Positions 22,803 to 35,942 of a DNA stretch of 64,000 bases are shown piece by piece. The notes beneath the pieces were generated by a model, which saw only the letters and a list, made by a program, of their open reading frames with translations, was not told the DNA's origin and searched no databases. Made by a program: the position numbers and the translations under genes. The DNA comes from Welwitschia mirabilis. Lineage: Eukaryota. The stretch is from the NCBI GenBank assembly GCA_051453625.1, contig JBOZIK010000001.1:19296501-19360500 (forward strand), given 5' to 3'. Numbering within the stretch: the first letter of the stretch is position 1; each line of letters opens with the position of its first letter.

Positions 22803-25715
22803 TTCACACATCTTTTCAAAGGTTGTTATTATTGAAAAGGGGGAGATTCTTGGAGGACATCAAGAAGTGTTTCAATGATGAAGAAGAAAAGTCCACACTT
22901 GCTCAAGTACTTAGAAGACAAAGCAAAATCCTGTGCTAACTCTCTAAATCTAGCCAATTCAAAAGATTTCAGCAAGAGAACACATCCAGGTTGGGGGATG
23001 TCCTAGTTTTTTCGTGAGACGTCCAACAATCTTCATCCCCTTATGAAGGGCTGATTATGGCTTGGGACATCCCGAGATTTCTATGGGACGACCGAGGTAT
23101 ACATGTTTGAGATCTGAGATAAGGCCAGGACATCCCAGCTTCTCTATGGGACGTCTGGGATGCACAGGATGGAAATCTGTGATGGGGCTAGGACGTTTGG
23201 GATATCTAGTGGGATGTCTGGGAAGCGGAGCAAGGTGAACATTNNNNNNNNNNNNNNNNNNNNNNNNNNNNNNNNNNNNNNNNNNNNNNNNNNNNNNNNN
23301 NNNNNNNNNNNNNNNNNNNNNNNNNNNNNNNNNNNNNNNNNNNNNNNNNNNNNNNNNNNNNNNNNNNNNNNNNNNNNNNNNNNNNNNNNNNNNNNNNNNN
23401 NNNNNNNNNNNNNNNNNNNNNNNNNNNNNNNNNNNNNNNNNNNNNNNNNNNNNNNNNNNNNNNNNNNNNNNNNNNNNNNNNNNNNNNNNNNNNNNNNNNN
23501 NNNNNNNNNNNNNNNNNNNNNNNNNNNNNNNNNNNNNNNNNNNNNNNNNNNNNNNNNNNNNNNNNNNNNNNNNNNNNNNNNNNNNNNNNNNNNNNNNNNN
23601 NNNNNNNNNNNNNNNNNNNNNNNNNNNNNNNNNNNNNNNNNNNNNNNNNNNNNNNNNNNNNNNNNNNNNNNNNNNNNNNNNNNNNNNNNNNNNNNNNNNN
23701 NNNNNNNNNNNNNNNNNNNNNNNNNNNNNNNNNNNNNNNNNNNNNNNNNNNNNNNNNNNNNNNNNNNNNNNNNNNNNNNNNNNNNNNNNNNNNNNNNNNN
23801 NNNNNNNNNNNNNNNNNNNNNNNNNNNNNNNNNNNNNNNNNNNNNNNNNNNNNNNNNNNNNNNNNNNNNNNNNNNNNNNNNNNNNNNNNNNNNNNNNNNN
23901 NNNNNNNNNNNNNNNNNNNNNNNNNNNNNNNNNNNNNNNNNNNNNNNNNNNNNNNNNNNNNNNNNNNNNNNNNNNNNNNNNNNNNNNNNNNNNNNNNNNN
24001 NNNNNNNNNNNNNNNNNNNNNNNNNNNNNNNNNNNNNNNNNNNNNNNNNNNNNNNNNNNNNNNNNNNNNNNNNNNNNNNNNNNNNNNNNNNNNNNNNNNN
24101 NNNNNNNNNNNNNNNNNNNNNNNNNNNNNNNNNNNNNNNNNNNNNNNNNNNNNNNNNNNNNNNNNNNNNNNNNNNNNNNNNNNNNNNNNNNNNNNNNNNN
24201 AATCTGTGATGGGGCGAGGACGTTTGGGATATCTAGTGGGATGTCTGGGAAGCGGAGCAAGGTGAACATTGGAGCAGAAATGCGTTGCAAAAAGGGACAA
24301 AGTTATTTTGTTTAAAGTTCGTCTATGTCCAATGGCTAAAGTATTTTATCTGAAGGCATATAGTTCAAGGCTACTTATTTTTTCTTCCATGATTTCTGTC
24401 TATTATTTCATGTCCTGTTATAAATAGTCTGTAATCTTGTTGTAAAATGGGTTAGTGTAAAAGAAATTCTTAAGCCCCAATATTGGGATTCAGTCTTGTC
24501 TATCCTATATTCTGATTTAAAATGAGCATACTCTTGCCCATTCATCATACCTCAAGTTGATGTCAAGTGCAAGGAAGGGATACCCTCATCAGAACCTATA
24601 AAGTCTTTTCTTTGGGCTCTGGGATAGAGCATTGGTTGTATGTTGTACTGAATGAACCCTTGGGTGAAGTGTTAGGTTGCTTTGTAAAGTTGTGTGAAGC
24701 TAAAGGAACCAAAAGGCTGAAGGCTTTCTTCTGCCTCCTGAGAGTGGAGTAGGCTGGACAGTCGAACCACTATAAAAATCATTGCTGCACTCTTTATTAT
24801 CTTGTGCTTCTATTTTACTTATTATATTTTAATGTGATTCTCTTGTTAAATATAGATTCAAATAGTTGTACGCCTGGTTTAAGTTAAAAGTTTGTTTTTT
24901 AAAAGAGACCCTATGCACCCCTCTCTAGGGTGATGTGCGATCCTAAGATTAAATACGCTCAGCAAGGTGGAAGTTTGAACAAGAATAGTGCACTTCCTAG
25001 CCTCCAGATCTCGTGGGCACTTAGGATCAAGGTCTTGTTCTAGGCCCATCAGGTATCTGGTTTTGTTAACATTTTCTCACTTTGTATTTGGCAAAGAACT
25101 TCAAAAACCAACTGGTCCAATGACTTTTCTTTGTTGTGTGGGATACACTTGAAGGAATACAGACCCTGTTTCAGTTACATTTTGATTAACAAGAATGCAC
25201 GTGTTTCTTATAAAACAATTTTATCTTTTGGAGATGTACCCTTGTCACCATTTCTTCTATCCGTCCTACTGTAAATACTTGATATAGAATTTTTTTTTTT
25301 TGGTTTTTTTTGGGGCAGCGGCCTATCCTCCTCTGCCCAATTTCTAGTTGTATGCCTTCATCTCTTCTACTATAATTCCCACTGAATCTAATAATGATCT
25401 CAATTTGAGCAATGCCACTAATACAGAACTTGGATGGCCCCTTGCCCTTCAAAATAGTCTTTCATGTTGTGTTAAGCCATTGTTTCAGCTAAGCTAGGGC
25501 TTGAAGACAATGCTGGCTATCACTGAGGGCCACTTATTAAACTATCTAGATGTCCAACTAGGGATCTTTTTTATTTTCTCCTGTCTTCCTAATACATATT
25601 CTTCCAGCTTCTTGAGACCAGGCTATCTAATCTATACTTGAAAGGTGGATTTTCTGTTTATGCTTGTTGCATGACTAGATTAAAAATTTTAGTACCCAAC
25701 ATATTGTTCTACTTT

Positions 25716-26660
25716 TGTAGCCACTTTGGTTTATGAAACTAGCAAAGAATGCAAAAAATAGAACAAACAAGCAAACAAACAATTTAACGAGGTTTGGACC
25801 CCTTTTTTTGAACTTCCTCAAATGAGCACAGAGCTCTGTTAGATCCACTACAAAACCAATGGTCACAGTGAAGACAAGCTGTTCCTCTAGCTCAAGCTAC
25901 AATGCACAACTGAGAATGCAAATGGGTCCAATCACAACCACATCCCCACAAGGAATCCCTGACCCTCCTTTTATAACATTAAGGGTTGATACAAAACCCT
26001 AAATAACATTCATCCCCCCCNNNNNNNNNNNNNNNNNNNNNNNNNNNNNNNNNNNNNNNNNNNNNNNNNNNNNNNNNNNNNNNNNNNNNNNNNNNNNNNN
26101 NNNNNNNNNNNNNCCTCCTTTCAAGCAACATAAAATAGAAAACAATCTGAAGGGTTATGTTATTTATAAACAAGCTTCATGTCATGAAGCTACAAGTCCA
26201 ACCAAGGAAGTGCAAAGCTGGTGATTCCCTCTAGGTACAGCCTTCGTCAAAGTGTCAGCAACATCGTCTTTTGTAGGAATCTTCTGGATTTGCACGTAGC
26301 CATTCTCAGTAACTTCATAAACATAGGGGAACCTTTAGGTCAATATGCTGAGCCCTTCTNNNNNNNNNNNNNNNNNNNNNNNNNNNNNNNNNNNNNNNNN
26401 NNNNNNNNNNNNNNNNNNNNNNNNNNNNNNNNNNNNNNNNNNNNNNNNNNNNNNNNNNNNNNNNNNNNNNNNNNNNNNNNNNNNNNNNCTCCATCAAAGC
26501 AATGTATTTAGATTCTATTATGGACAAAGTTACATGGATTGAAGGTATTATAACCAACTCATGGCACCTCCACGAAGAATGGAAACATACCCTATAATCA
26601 AATGCCTAGTTTCCCCATTAGTAACAAAATCTGTATCAACATATCTTGTCACTATAGGTG
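25716..26660 (-). mobile_element. Truncated Copia: RNase H remnant (26175-26660) plus 3' LTR (~25716-26172)
   Basis: YVDTDF..GYVSILRGGAMSW, VTLSIIESKYIALME, AQHIDLK, DVADTLTKAVP. LTR-like TG..CA segment containing AATTTAACGAGGTTTGG. Confidence 0.8.
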
Positions 26661-26691
26661 TCTCGTATATATTTTAGCTGTGGAATCTGTA

Positions 26692-29068
26692 CCTGATTTG
26701 GGCCCCACTCCCAAACAACCTGATTTTATGACAGCACTCCGCATTGTGACAAGTTCCAGGTTTTATGGGGGTCTCACCCGCCACGGCATCCTGTTCAAAC
26801 TTCAAAGGGACTATGGTCCGGTCCATTATTGAGGAAGCTTCTACATACTCAGCTTCAAGCAACATAAAGAAAGGTTGATTCTCATGCTTGCATTTTCCTC
26901 TTTTGCTTGCTGTTACTAGGGTAATCCTCACAAGTCTCTGCTTTTCTGCTAGTTTCATGACATTTGGGAGGGCATAAACCATGGCAGATGAGTCCAGATT
27001 GGACTGAACCACTGAGTCAACATCTTACTAAGACAACTTTTCCCATGCTGAAAAGAGACATGCTGCTAGGGACCTATCTTATATCTAATAATTTGAGGTA
27101 ATAATGAACCTGTGTTTTGATTATGTCTTAACATAGAAAGGTAGCTCTAACTAGGTACCCTTATCCTTACCATTCTGACAGTTGAGGATTTGTCAAACCC
27201 TATTTGCAACAATTCTTTTCTTCTAAAAGAAGTAGTCTTGGATTTCTTGTAGTTGATCGTAAGACATCATTTCCACAAAGCTGTGAGGAACACTTTTAAT
27301 TTTATGTGTCTGAATGAAGCTGAGGCACTGATGGGAGTATTGTTTGAGAATTAGTGAAGTATGTATTTTTGTTCCTTCACTTTTATGCAGTTGAGCTGGC
27401 TGTTGACAATGGCAATGAAGATCTCTGCAAAAAGTTGCAATAAGGGGAGAGAAAATTATCAAGACCAGTTTGCTAATATTTCAGCTGTGGTTCGTAGTGG
27501 ATTGTAAGAAAGTAATGAACTAATCGAATAGCATGCCTGTCCACAGAAACCTGAACTTATAGAATTTTTCATAAGATCATGCGAGCAAATAGCATTGCAG
27601 GCTTTTGAATTATCCAACAGAAGAGACATCACAAAAAATTTCTTTTGATGACAAGAATGAATTACTTAAGAAATATTGTGTCTGGGGTTTATTAAGAATT
27701 TATAGTATCCTGTTTGTCTTCTAAAAGCATCATTTCAATTTACTACCTATATCTAACAAGGATGATCATTTCTAAAGTTTGCTGAAATTGATAAGAATCA
27801 TTTGCTATAGGGAGGAACCCCCTTTTTACACCTTATCTTTTAGGCTTGTGACATGATGCATCTCATATGGCTGTATGGCATTGTGAAATCATAGATGAAG
27901 TATATGTTGCCTTAACAGAGCCACTCAGCTCTAAACCTATGCCAGCAGTAGTTTTCCTTCAATCTTGAGAGCTCCTACTGTGACTCAAGAAGAAACATCT
28001 CATCTTTAATGCTTTAGCATCTAGGCAATCTTACCCCTTCCCTCCCTTCAATTTTTAAGATGTTTGGCGATTGTTAGGTTGGTAAGTAGTTGTTGGCTAC
28101 AAATCATAGTTCAAACTCTCCTCCCTCTTACTGGTGCATGTCTGGGTGCGAGGAAGACGATGAATTACAAGGTTGAGCTGTGAGGAGCAAACTGCATTGG
28201 TGAATGAGGGCTGACACAGAGAGCTTGGCAGTTGAAAGACAACGGAGATTGACGAAGTTGTCTCTGTTGATGGCTTAGGGTAAACATCAGTAATTTTACT
28301 GTTGACTTGTTTCATCTCCTTTTGCTTGCCTTTGTGTTTAGGAGGACCCTTGAGTCTGTCCTTGCAAAACATAGAGAGTTGTCTTTCCTTGCCACAAAAT
28401 GACATGGGTTTTTGGACTACTCTTGTGATTATTCGAGACCTCAACTATTCTTCATTTTGAGTTCTGCAAAATCTTTCTGATATTGACGAGTATTTATAAT
28501 TTTTTAAGCACAGGATCTTTTTGAAATCAGATGAATTTGCCTATGTGAAACTGGGTCAAGGCGAATAAGCTTCCTTCAATGAGTGATACTGACATCTGAG
28601 ATTTTATCCAAGAACACAAGGGGCTGGCTGCACAAATGAATGCAGATTGAAATCCTTACAAATATGACCAAGGTCTCCTATCCAATAACACTTCCTTTCT
28701 CTTTACCTGAGTTGAAAACAAACAGAAACATAAGATCTTTCACAGCTTGAAATTCAAACTGCACACTGCAAATCCACCTTGTAGCAACATGCTCAAAAAT
28801 GTGGTGCATTTTGGTTCTGCCTCCTACTTGGACAAACCTTCGTACAAAAGCAAATCAATATAGATCCTAAATAGCAGAGTTTGTCTCTGACAGTACTATT
28901 ACCTGGAGGGCCTGGCTTTCTCCAGTTCATACACAGTTTTCAAACCTAACAAATACCTGGAGAATAATTTTCCTGCAGAGGAACCTTGTCCACCTGAATG
29001 TCTGTGACTTTACCCTTCCTGGGGATGGGGGACTAATGTGAGCTCACCTTCCTTTAAAATTGAAGATC
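26692..29068 (-). pseudogene. Possible decayed multi-exon gene fragments, product unidentified
   Basis: Several coding-like blocks are bounded by minus-strand YnCAG acceptors and GT donors (~27047-26692, ~27424-27171, ~28464-28097, ~28706-28541, ~29068-28900). They contain stops and no recognised motif. Confidence 0.35.
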
Positions 29069-29694
29069 CTGCTGGGTGTGCATGCCTTTCTTATCACTGT
29101 TCTGTCCTCCCTCTAGAATTGGTCATCAGCTTTTAAAAAACTAACAGCAAAAATTGACCATACATTAGTTGTTTCAGGTAGCCTTCAAATGCAGTATGTT
29201 TCCTATATAGAATCAGACTGGACTGCCTTTTTGTTTATACCCACTCTCTCTTGGTAGCAAACAATGTATTTGTCCTCTAGCTTTCTTTCGCAGTTTGCAA
29301 AACTACTTGGCATAAGTACATTATGTTTTGGTCTTTTTATAATTACATGTCTGGGGTTTCTTGTTTCACATTGCAATTATTTGTGTTGCTAACTTGGCAT
29401 TCTCATGATAATTTTCTCAAAGTTATCAAAAGGAGTTAATGACACAAGAAGTATTCAATTCACTGATCTCCGATTCCTTTTTTCTCCCCTTGTAAATGTT
29501 TGTCAGGATGTTATAATGCGTAGACTTGAATTGTCCTTTTACAAAATTGTCGCAGAAAGATATTGGGATCTTTTCCTTTATGTTATTTGTTCTTTATGAT
29601 GATGCTTGACAGTGTAATTGATTATGCGCCATTAGCAAGCCTGATGCAGGCAATTTCAATAACATTGTGGTTATTGTTACTGATCTGATTGCAG

Positions 29695-30078
29695 AATGAG
29701 GCTACTCAGAATGCTGTTGCGCTCAAGAGAAACATAGCATTATGTGAAGAGCTTAGGCATGAGCTTGGAAAGATTCAGCATGAGAGAAATGCACTTGAAA
29801 GACATGTGCTTGAAGCAGAGGAATTAAGAGAGTTGGCTGAATTAAGAGCAACAGAAGCAGACTTAAGGGCATCAGAATCTGCAACTCGTATGGCAGAGGC
29901 TGAGGAGCGCAGGGCTTTGGCAATGACAAGAGCAGTAAGAGCTGAAAAGCGGGTGGCAGAACTTGAGAACCAAATGAAGGCTGTAGAGAGACAAGCTAAA
30001 AAGGCAGAAACTAATGAAAAAACAACCCTGCATAACATTGGAAAGAAGATCCTTGCTTCTTCAACCAAAGATACTGAA
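29695..30078 (+). CDS. Internal exon of an unidentified gene encoding a long coiled coil
   Basis: TTGCAG acceptor, 384 nt open in phase 0 (NEATQNAVALKRNIALCEELRHEL...SSTKDTE), GTACAT donor. E/A/R-rich heptad pattern with no stops. Confidence 0.75.
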
Positions 30079-30168
30079 GTACATTGCTTTCTTTTTTCTA
30101 ACACTCTACAATAGCTGAAGTTTTCCCCTTTTATATGACGTTTCCATTTGTTGTGTTTTCTTTTTCAG

Positions 30169-30263
30169 TCCCAAAAGCAAACCAGTCATACAGAGGCAGG
30201 ACATCTCAATGAGACCAGTAATGAAGCTGCAAGAACTCATGAAAAAACATCTGTTTCTCAAAG
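30169..30263 (+). CDS. Next exon of the coiled-coil gene (SQKQTSHTEAG...TSVSQ)
   Basis: Strong polypyrimidine TTTTTCAG acceptor after a 90-nt intron. Open in phase 0; ends in phase 2 at AG|GTTCG. Confidence 0.7.
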
Positions 30264-30999
30264 GTTCGAATTTTATTTTTCAACGTGTGAACATTTTTAA
30301 AAGTTCATTTAATTTTTTGTGTTAAGCATGTGTGGCATGAGTTGTCTTGTGAGGAGAGTGGTATAATTTTTTTTTAGCTGAATTTGTTAATCTTCAGCCA
30401 TTTTACTCCAACACGTCTTATATGTGTGTTTCCTTCAAGTGCTCCCTCGCCCCCGAAAATGGGATAAATTTCTCAAACCTTATTGGCAGAAAATATGGTG
30501 GGCTTACTTATCATGCATTGAGTAATGTGGAAAGGAAGAGACCTCAGGTATATTATTAGGATAACTGATGGTTCATGTTTAGAGAGAACCTGTTGTGTTA
30601 TGTGCTAATTTGTTATGTTAGCACTAAAGACTTTTGTAATGTTCCCATTACAAGTTAGTTCACTATGAATTAATTAATCTGATGTTACAATCCGTTGGTT
30701 AGACTTTTACATGAGAGACATGTAGGAAGGAATCCTGTTCTTACCATGAGTCGCATTTCTCGATGGGTTGAAAGAAGTAGTTTTTCAATAACCAATAAGC
30801 CAGAAGACAACATCATTACTTGTCAGTCTACCATAGGCTACCGTACCAACTTATAAGTCATCTATCGATCCTCATCTTTGACTTTGTTGGATCGTATCTC
30901 AAAACCTGCTAGCCCTCATACCTTGTGTCATCATTCCACCCAAAAGTGATATGGGTTTCCAACCGCTCACCACATTTGCATGTGGCTTACTACTTAGAC

Positions 31000-31500
31000 T
31001 ACTATTTCTTGTTGGAGTTGAAGTCAGATCTTCTTTTGTATCTTCTATTTTTCCGTTGTTTTAGCACTTTGTTTGTAAAGTGTATTTCTCTTTTTATATT
31101 ATAAAGTGAGAGGGCTGTTTATAAAGTCAGTGTAAAAGTAGGTTTTTTTAACCTAAAGTGAGCCTATTTAAAGGGAAGGGTTTTGAGGAAGGAGAATCAT
31201 ATTTTGAACACTCTGGTTATTGAGGACGGCTTGTGTCCTTGGACTATTTCTCGAAATCTTAAGAGAGCTCTGCATTGCTTCCGTGGTTTTTCCCCACATT
31301 GGGGTTTCCGCATAAATTTCTGTGTGCTGTTTTGCTTTCCGGTTTTGCTATTTTTCGCTGCTATTCTTACATTTCTGTAGGCTTGAAGTAGAGTTTGGGA
31401 TGGTACCTAAGTGGATTGTTGTCTGGTTTAGGATCTGGAAATACCATAAGGCCTTAAAGCATGTGACCCCTCCTCTTCTGAAGTCGACTCTTCCAACCCT
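31000..31500 (+). mobile_element. Solo or partial LTR remnant
   Basis: CCTATTTAAAGG TATA-like box followed by CCGTGGTTTTTCCCCACATTGGGGTTTCCGCATAAATTTCTGTGTG, a typical LTR U5 motif. Confidence 0.55.
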
Positions 31501-31764
31501 GTTAGGAGGGTGTCTTCTACCCAAGAATGTTACATCACAACTACAATGAGCAGTGGCTAACATCATGTTCATTATTTCAGTTTGCATCTATATCAGGGAT
31601 GATATTCTTTGAGTTTTCCCATTTCTATAAGATAATATTTTAAATCATATTTTCTGTGTTTTAGATTTATACCATTTTAATGTATCATACACCTTAGCAA
31701 ATGTTTTGTGCAAGAACCATGTTTAACTGAAAGAACGAATAAGCAAAAGCAACTGTGCTATATT

Positions 31765-32200
31765 GGATGATTGTAGCTAAGGAAGTCATGTAGGGGGCAT
31801 CAAAACTGGAGGTATGGCTTGTGTGAGGATACCAAGTAGAATGGTGAGAAGCTTGTGAGACACTAAATAAATAGAAGTTTTAATACACAAGCAGCAGTAA
31901 TAATAAAAATAGAAATTATTAATTGCTCAAGGCATGAAAGAAAATATTATAGAGAAGAATCAAATGAGTGATACATTAATGGTAGTTAAAGTTGTGTTGG
32001 AAAAGGAAATAATTAATGTCACATGAGCTTATGTGCATCAAGTAGGACAGGATACAAGAAATGAAAGATTTGTTAGGCCTTGACTTATGATTGTTGTTTT
32101 TCTCAAGGCGTATGGGATGAATAAGGCATGTTCATTACTGGAATTTTGGATGAGTATGTAGAGGAGAGAGGGACCCCTTGTGATGTTTAAGAGAGTGCCT
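31765..32200 (+). mobile_element. RTE-clade LINE endonuclease remnant
   Basis: MSDTLMVVKVVLEKEIINVT*AYVHQVG resembles the RTE APE motif (DRI..VKLV...INVISAYAPQVG). Confidence 0.65.
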
Positions 32201-32591
32201 GAGGTAGATTGCAAAGGGACTATATCATTTACCTTTTGCATTCTACCATTTTGATACACATTCTCATGATCTTTTAAACATATCACATTTTTATCTTATT
32301 TATTTATAACACTTACTGTTTTATTACAAGTTACTGTTTACTATTCTTTTTTGTTTTTGGTTTAAACATCTAAAGTAAATTTATTTACATATCCCAACCT
32401 GTAAAACTCACACTTATACAACACTAAATTTTCCAAGTATGTCCTACAAGGACCCTCATGTTTTATTCCCTTCTACATGCATATTGAAGTACCCTCAAGG
32501 ATTGTGTTATATTACAACCGCCTTTTAAATGGGTTAGTGTTAAACCTTAACATTATGACATTAATTAGTATGGAAATTATACCTACTCATA

Positions 32592-32664
32592 TGCTTTAAA
32601 TGAGAATCAAACTCACAACCTCTTGCTTACTAAATCGGTGCTCTAAGCAATTAAACTATAAAGC
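32592..32664 (-). pseudogene. Decayed tRNA-Thr(AGT) pseudogene
   Basis: Minus strand GCTTTATAGTTTAATTGCTTAGAGCACCGATTTAGTAAGCAAGAGGTTGTGAGTTTGATTCTCATTTAAAGCA is colinear with plant nuclear tRNA-Thr(AGT). Anticodon loop TTAGTAA is kept; A/B boxes and stems are mutated. Confidence 0.8.
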
Positions 32665-33445
32665 TTCTTAAAAAGTAACTAACCAATTAACATTGGATGT
32701 GTTTATGAGGAGTGAAAGGACCCAAAGAAATACTAAAGGTCTGCCCAAGATTAAGATGCAAGAACCTAAGAGAGAAGAAAATGGCATCATTTAAAAAGAA
32801 ATGGTTGACTAAGAGTGGAATCCAGAATTGGGTATAAATGATAAATTGACTTTTATCATTGCTTTTGAAAATGAGTGGTCAAGGGAGTGGTCAAGGAAGT
32901 GTTCAAAGAAATCTAAGGGGAGAATTGTTATAAAGAATGTAGCCAAAGGAAACAATGACATAGAACAACAGCAAACAAAAGTCACACAAAGTAAGATGGT
33001 TTGGGCCTTTCTTACCCTATTTTTATGAAACAATGCAGAGCTCTTAATTTAAGTAGAGAAAACAATGAAATAAGCCATCCCTAATGGCATTAGCGAGACA
33101 AACACTCACTCGAGTGAAGAGATCAAATTACATTTTCATTCACACATGCTACTTCCCTTTTTGTGTTTGAACGCTACTATGTGTGGTTTGGCTTTGCTTA
33201 AGGCACACTTGAGTGCACACTTTGTTGTCTTGGATATGAATCATGGCCATAGACATTTAATGGCTAGCTCTTAGTCTAGTAGGAGCTACCTTTGGGTTTT
33301 CATCCAACAAAGCAAATCTGTGAGCTTCGTGAGTGCAGTATAGTTTCTTATCAATTAATGTATTCAAGAAAGAAAAAAGCATTAGGGTTAGAAATCCTAC
33401 CATTAGGGATAAAATCCTAAAAGTACATAGGTCCCTTTTTAATCG

Positions 33446-33735
33446 AATAACCACCATATGCATGTGACTTGACAGCATACGAGGAAATTTTAACACCCTG
33501 CAATAATTTAATATTGACAAATTGACAACGAATTGGCATGGGTTTGGAATTGGAAATTGACAAGTTGACAGGGTTTTGTAATTCAATAACCACTATGCGC
33601 AAGTGACTTAACAACATACGAAGAAACTTTATAGCCCTGTAATGATTTACTATTGATAAATTGACAACAAATTGGCATGGAGTTGGATTTGGAAATTGAC
33701 AACGAGTCGACATGGGTTTGAAATTGGAAATTGGC
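33446..33735. repeat. Tandem duplication, period 139 bp, with internal AAATTGACAA/TTGGAAATTG sub-repeats
   Basis: AATAACCAC...GTGACTT.ACA.CATACGA.GAAA starts at 33446 and 33585. Confidence 0.85.
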
Positions 33736-35942
33736 TACTAATTGGTCTAGATTGGCAAGTAATTGCCAAATAAGTGGCAAAGTCATGTGAAATAAAAAGT
33801 ATAGGGAAATGATTTTTTTTTTTCCCAAAAGCAATTCCACTAAGACGTTATTCTACGCATACAATAGCATCTCAATAAACAATAACATTGACAACTAAAA
33901 AATATGATAATATTGGACAACATGCAAATGATGCACACATTGATTTATCAATTTAACATTTTGGCAATATTATAATTATATAAGAATTTCAAAATAATGA
34001 ATTATGTAATGCTTCAACACACTAACTCCACTAAATTATATTATTTATGTGTTCACAATACTTAGTAAAACAAAATGAGAAAAATTTAAAATGGAGAGTT
34101 TAAAGTTCAAAAGCTTTAAAATAGACATTTTTAATATTTAAGCCTTGGGAATGTTAGTTTTGCAAATATGATCAAGCAATTGACGAAACAATTTAAAAAT
34201 CAACATTTAGTTTCATACTTTTATGGTTGACAAATGAATGAAATCTACAGATCTCTCATGGTTCTTGTTAAGTTCATTGCTAATCATTTTTGGAGTAGAA
34301 GCGCATTTTGAATTATGAAAACAAAATGCATTTTCACCCCTTTTCCATGTCTAAAGCCTTTTTTCACAAGAAGCTAATTCGCTACTAGTCATTGGTTTTT
34401 TAAGATTAAAAAGATATTTAATCAAATCAGAGGGGGCTAATCCTATTAAAAATTTTATTGGAGTAGAGATTAATTGCCAAATTGAAGATTAATCACAAAT
34501 TTTTGAAACATTGCACCTCTCTTTTTAATTTTATTTTACATATAATGTTTTACAATAGATAAAACAGAAAGTGAAAAGTAAATTAGAGCAAAGTTTAGGC
34601 TTCAATGTAAGTATTTTCCATCTCGAAGACAAATCTATAGGTCATGAAGGCACAAAGGGTTGCATTGTTTGGATCTCCATTTGTCATGTTGCAGCTATCC
34701 CAACATGCTCTCTATAGAGGAGATGCTTCTTTGTTGCTCCGAACTTTGTTAATGCATTTGTAACATTTCTTTTAGTATGGATCTTTTCAACATCCACCAT
34801 CTTCTATAATGTCTTTGATAAAATGAAATCTTAAATCTATGTGCTTATGCTTTTATGAGAAGTCGGATTTTTAGCTAAAGAAGTTGCTTCCCCGGCACAC
34901 ACACACACATACCCCCCCTCCTTTTCTTCTCCTTCTTTTTCCCTTCCCTCCCTCCTCTATGTGTCTGTGAGTGAAATAGAAAAGGTAATTTTCATTGNNN
35001 NNNNNNNNNNNNNNNNNNNNNNNNNNNNNNNNNNNNNNNNNNNNNNNNNNNNNNNNNNNNNNNNNNNNNNNNNNNNNNNNNNNNNNNNNNNNNNNNNNNN
35101 NNNNNNNNNNNNNNNNNNNNNNNNNNNNNNNNNNNNNNNNNNNNNNNNNNNNNNNNNNNNNNNNNNNNNNNNNNNNNNNNNNNNNNNNNNNNNNNNNNNN
35201 NNNNNNNNNNNNNNNNNNNNNNNNNNNNNNNNNNNNNNNNNNNNNNNNNNNNNNNNNNNNNNNNNNNNNNNNNNNNNNNNNNNNNNNNNNNNNNNNNNNN
35301 NNNNNNNNNNNNNNNNNNNNNNNNNNNNNNNNNNNNNNNNNNNNNNNNNNNNNNNNNNNNNNNNNNNNNNNNNNNNNNNNNNNNNNNNNNNNNNNNNNNN
35401 NNNNNNNNNNNNNNNNNNNNNNNNNNNNNNNNNNNNNNNNNNNNNNNNNNNNNNNNNNNNNNNNNNNNNNNNNNNNNNNNNNNNNNNNNNNNNNNNNNNN
35501 NNNNNNNNNNNNNNNNNNNNNNNNNNNNNNNNNNNNNNNNNNNNNNNNNNNNNNNNNNNNNNNNNNNNNNNNNNNNNNNNNNNNNNNNNNNNNNNNNNNN
35601 NNNNNNNNNNNNNNNNNNNNNNNNNNNNNNNNNNNNNNNNNNNNNNNNNNNNNNNNNNNNNNNNNNNNNNNNNNNNNNNNNNNNNNNNNNNNNNNNNNNN
35701 NNNNNNNNNNNNNNNNNNNNNNNNNNNNNNNNNNNNNNNNNNNNNNNNNNNNNNNNNNNNNNNNNNNNNNNNNNNNNNNNNNNNNNNNNNNNNNNNNNNN
35801 NNNNNNNNNNNNNNNNNNNNNNNNNNNNNNNNNNNNNNNNNNNNNNNNNNNNNNNNNNNNNNNNNNNNNNNNNNNNNNNNNNNNNNNNNNNNNNNNNNNN
35901 NNNNNNNNNNNNNNNNNNNNNNNNNNNNNNNNTATGTAAGTT

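Larger units (their letters stand above)
17025..24948 (+). mobile_element. SIRE-like Copia element: 5' LTR ~17025-18088, PBS, gag-protease-integrase, RT/RNase H deleted, extra-ORF tail, PPT, 3' LTR 22848-24948 (with gap)
   Basis: Homologous LTRs end CCTATTCATCCCCCTCTAGG..TCCTAACA. PBS TTGATATCAGAGCC at 18090-18103. PPT AAAGGGGGAGAT before 22848. TTAAA on both flanks is a possible TSD. Confidence 0.92.

Noticed and set aside
23175-24270. Internal duplication making the 3' LTR ~1 kb longer than the 5' LTR
   Set aside because: The duplicated ends flank an N-gap; assembly artefact.
29775-30104. 109-aa minus-strand ORF
   Set aside because: It is the antisense shadow of the coiled-coil exon.
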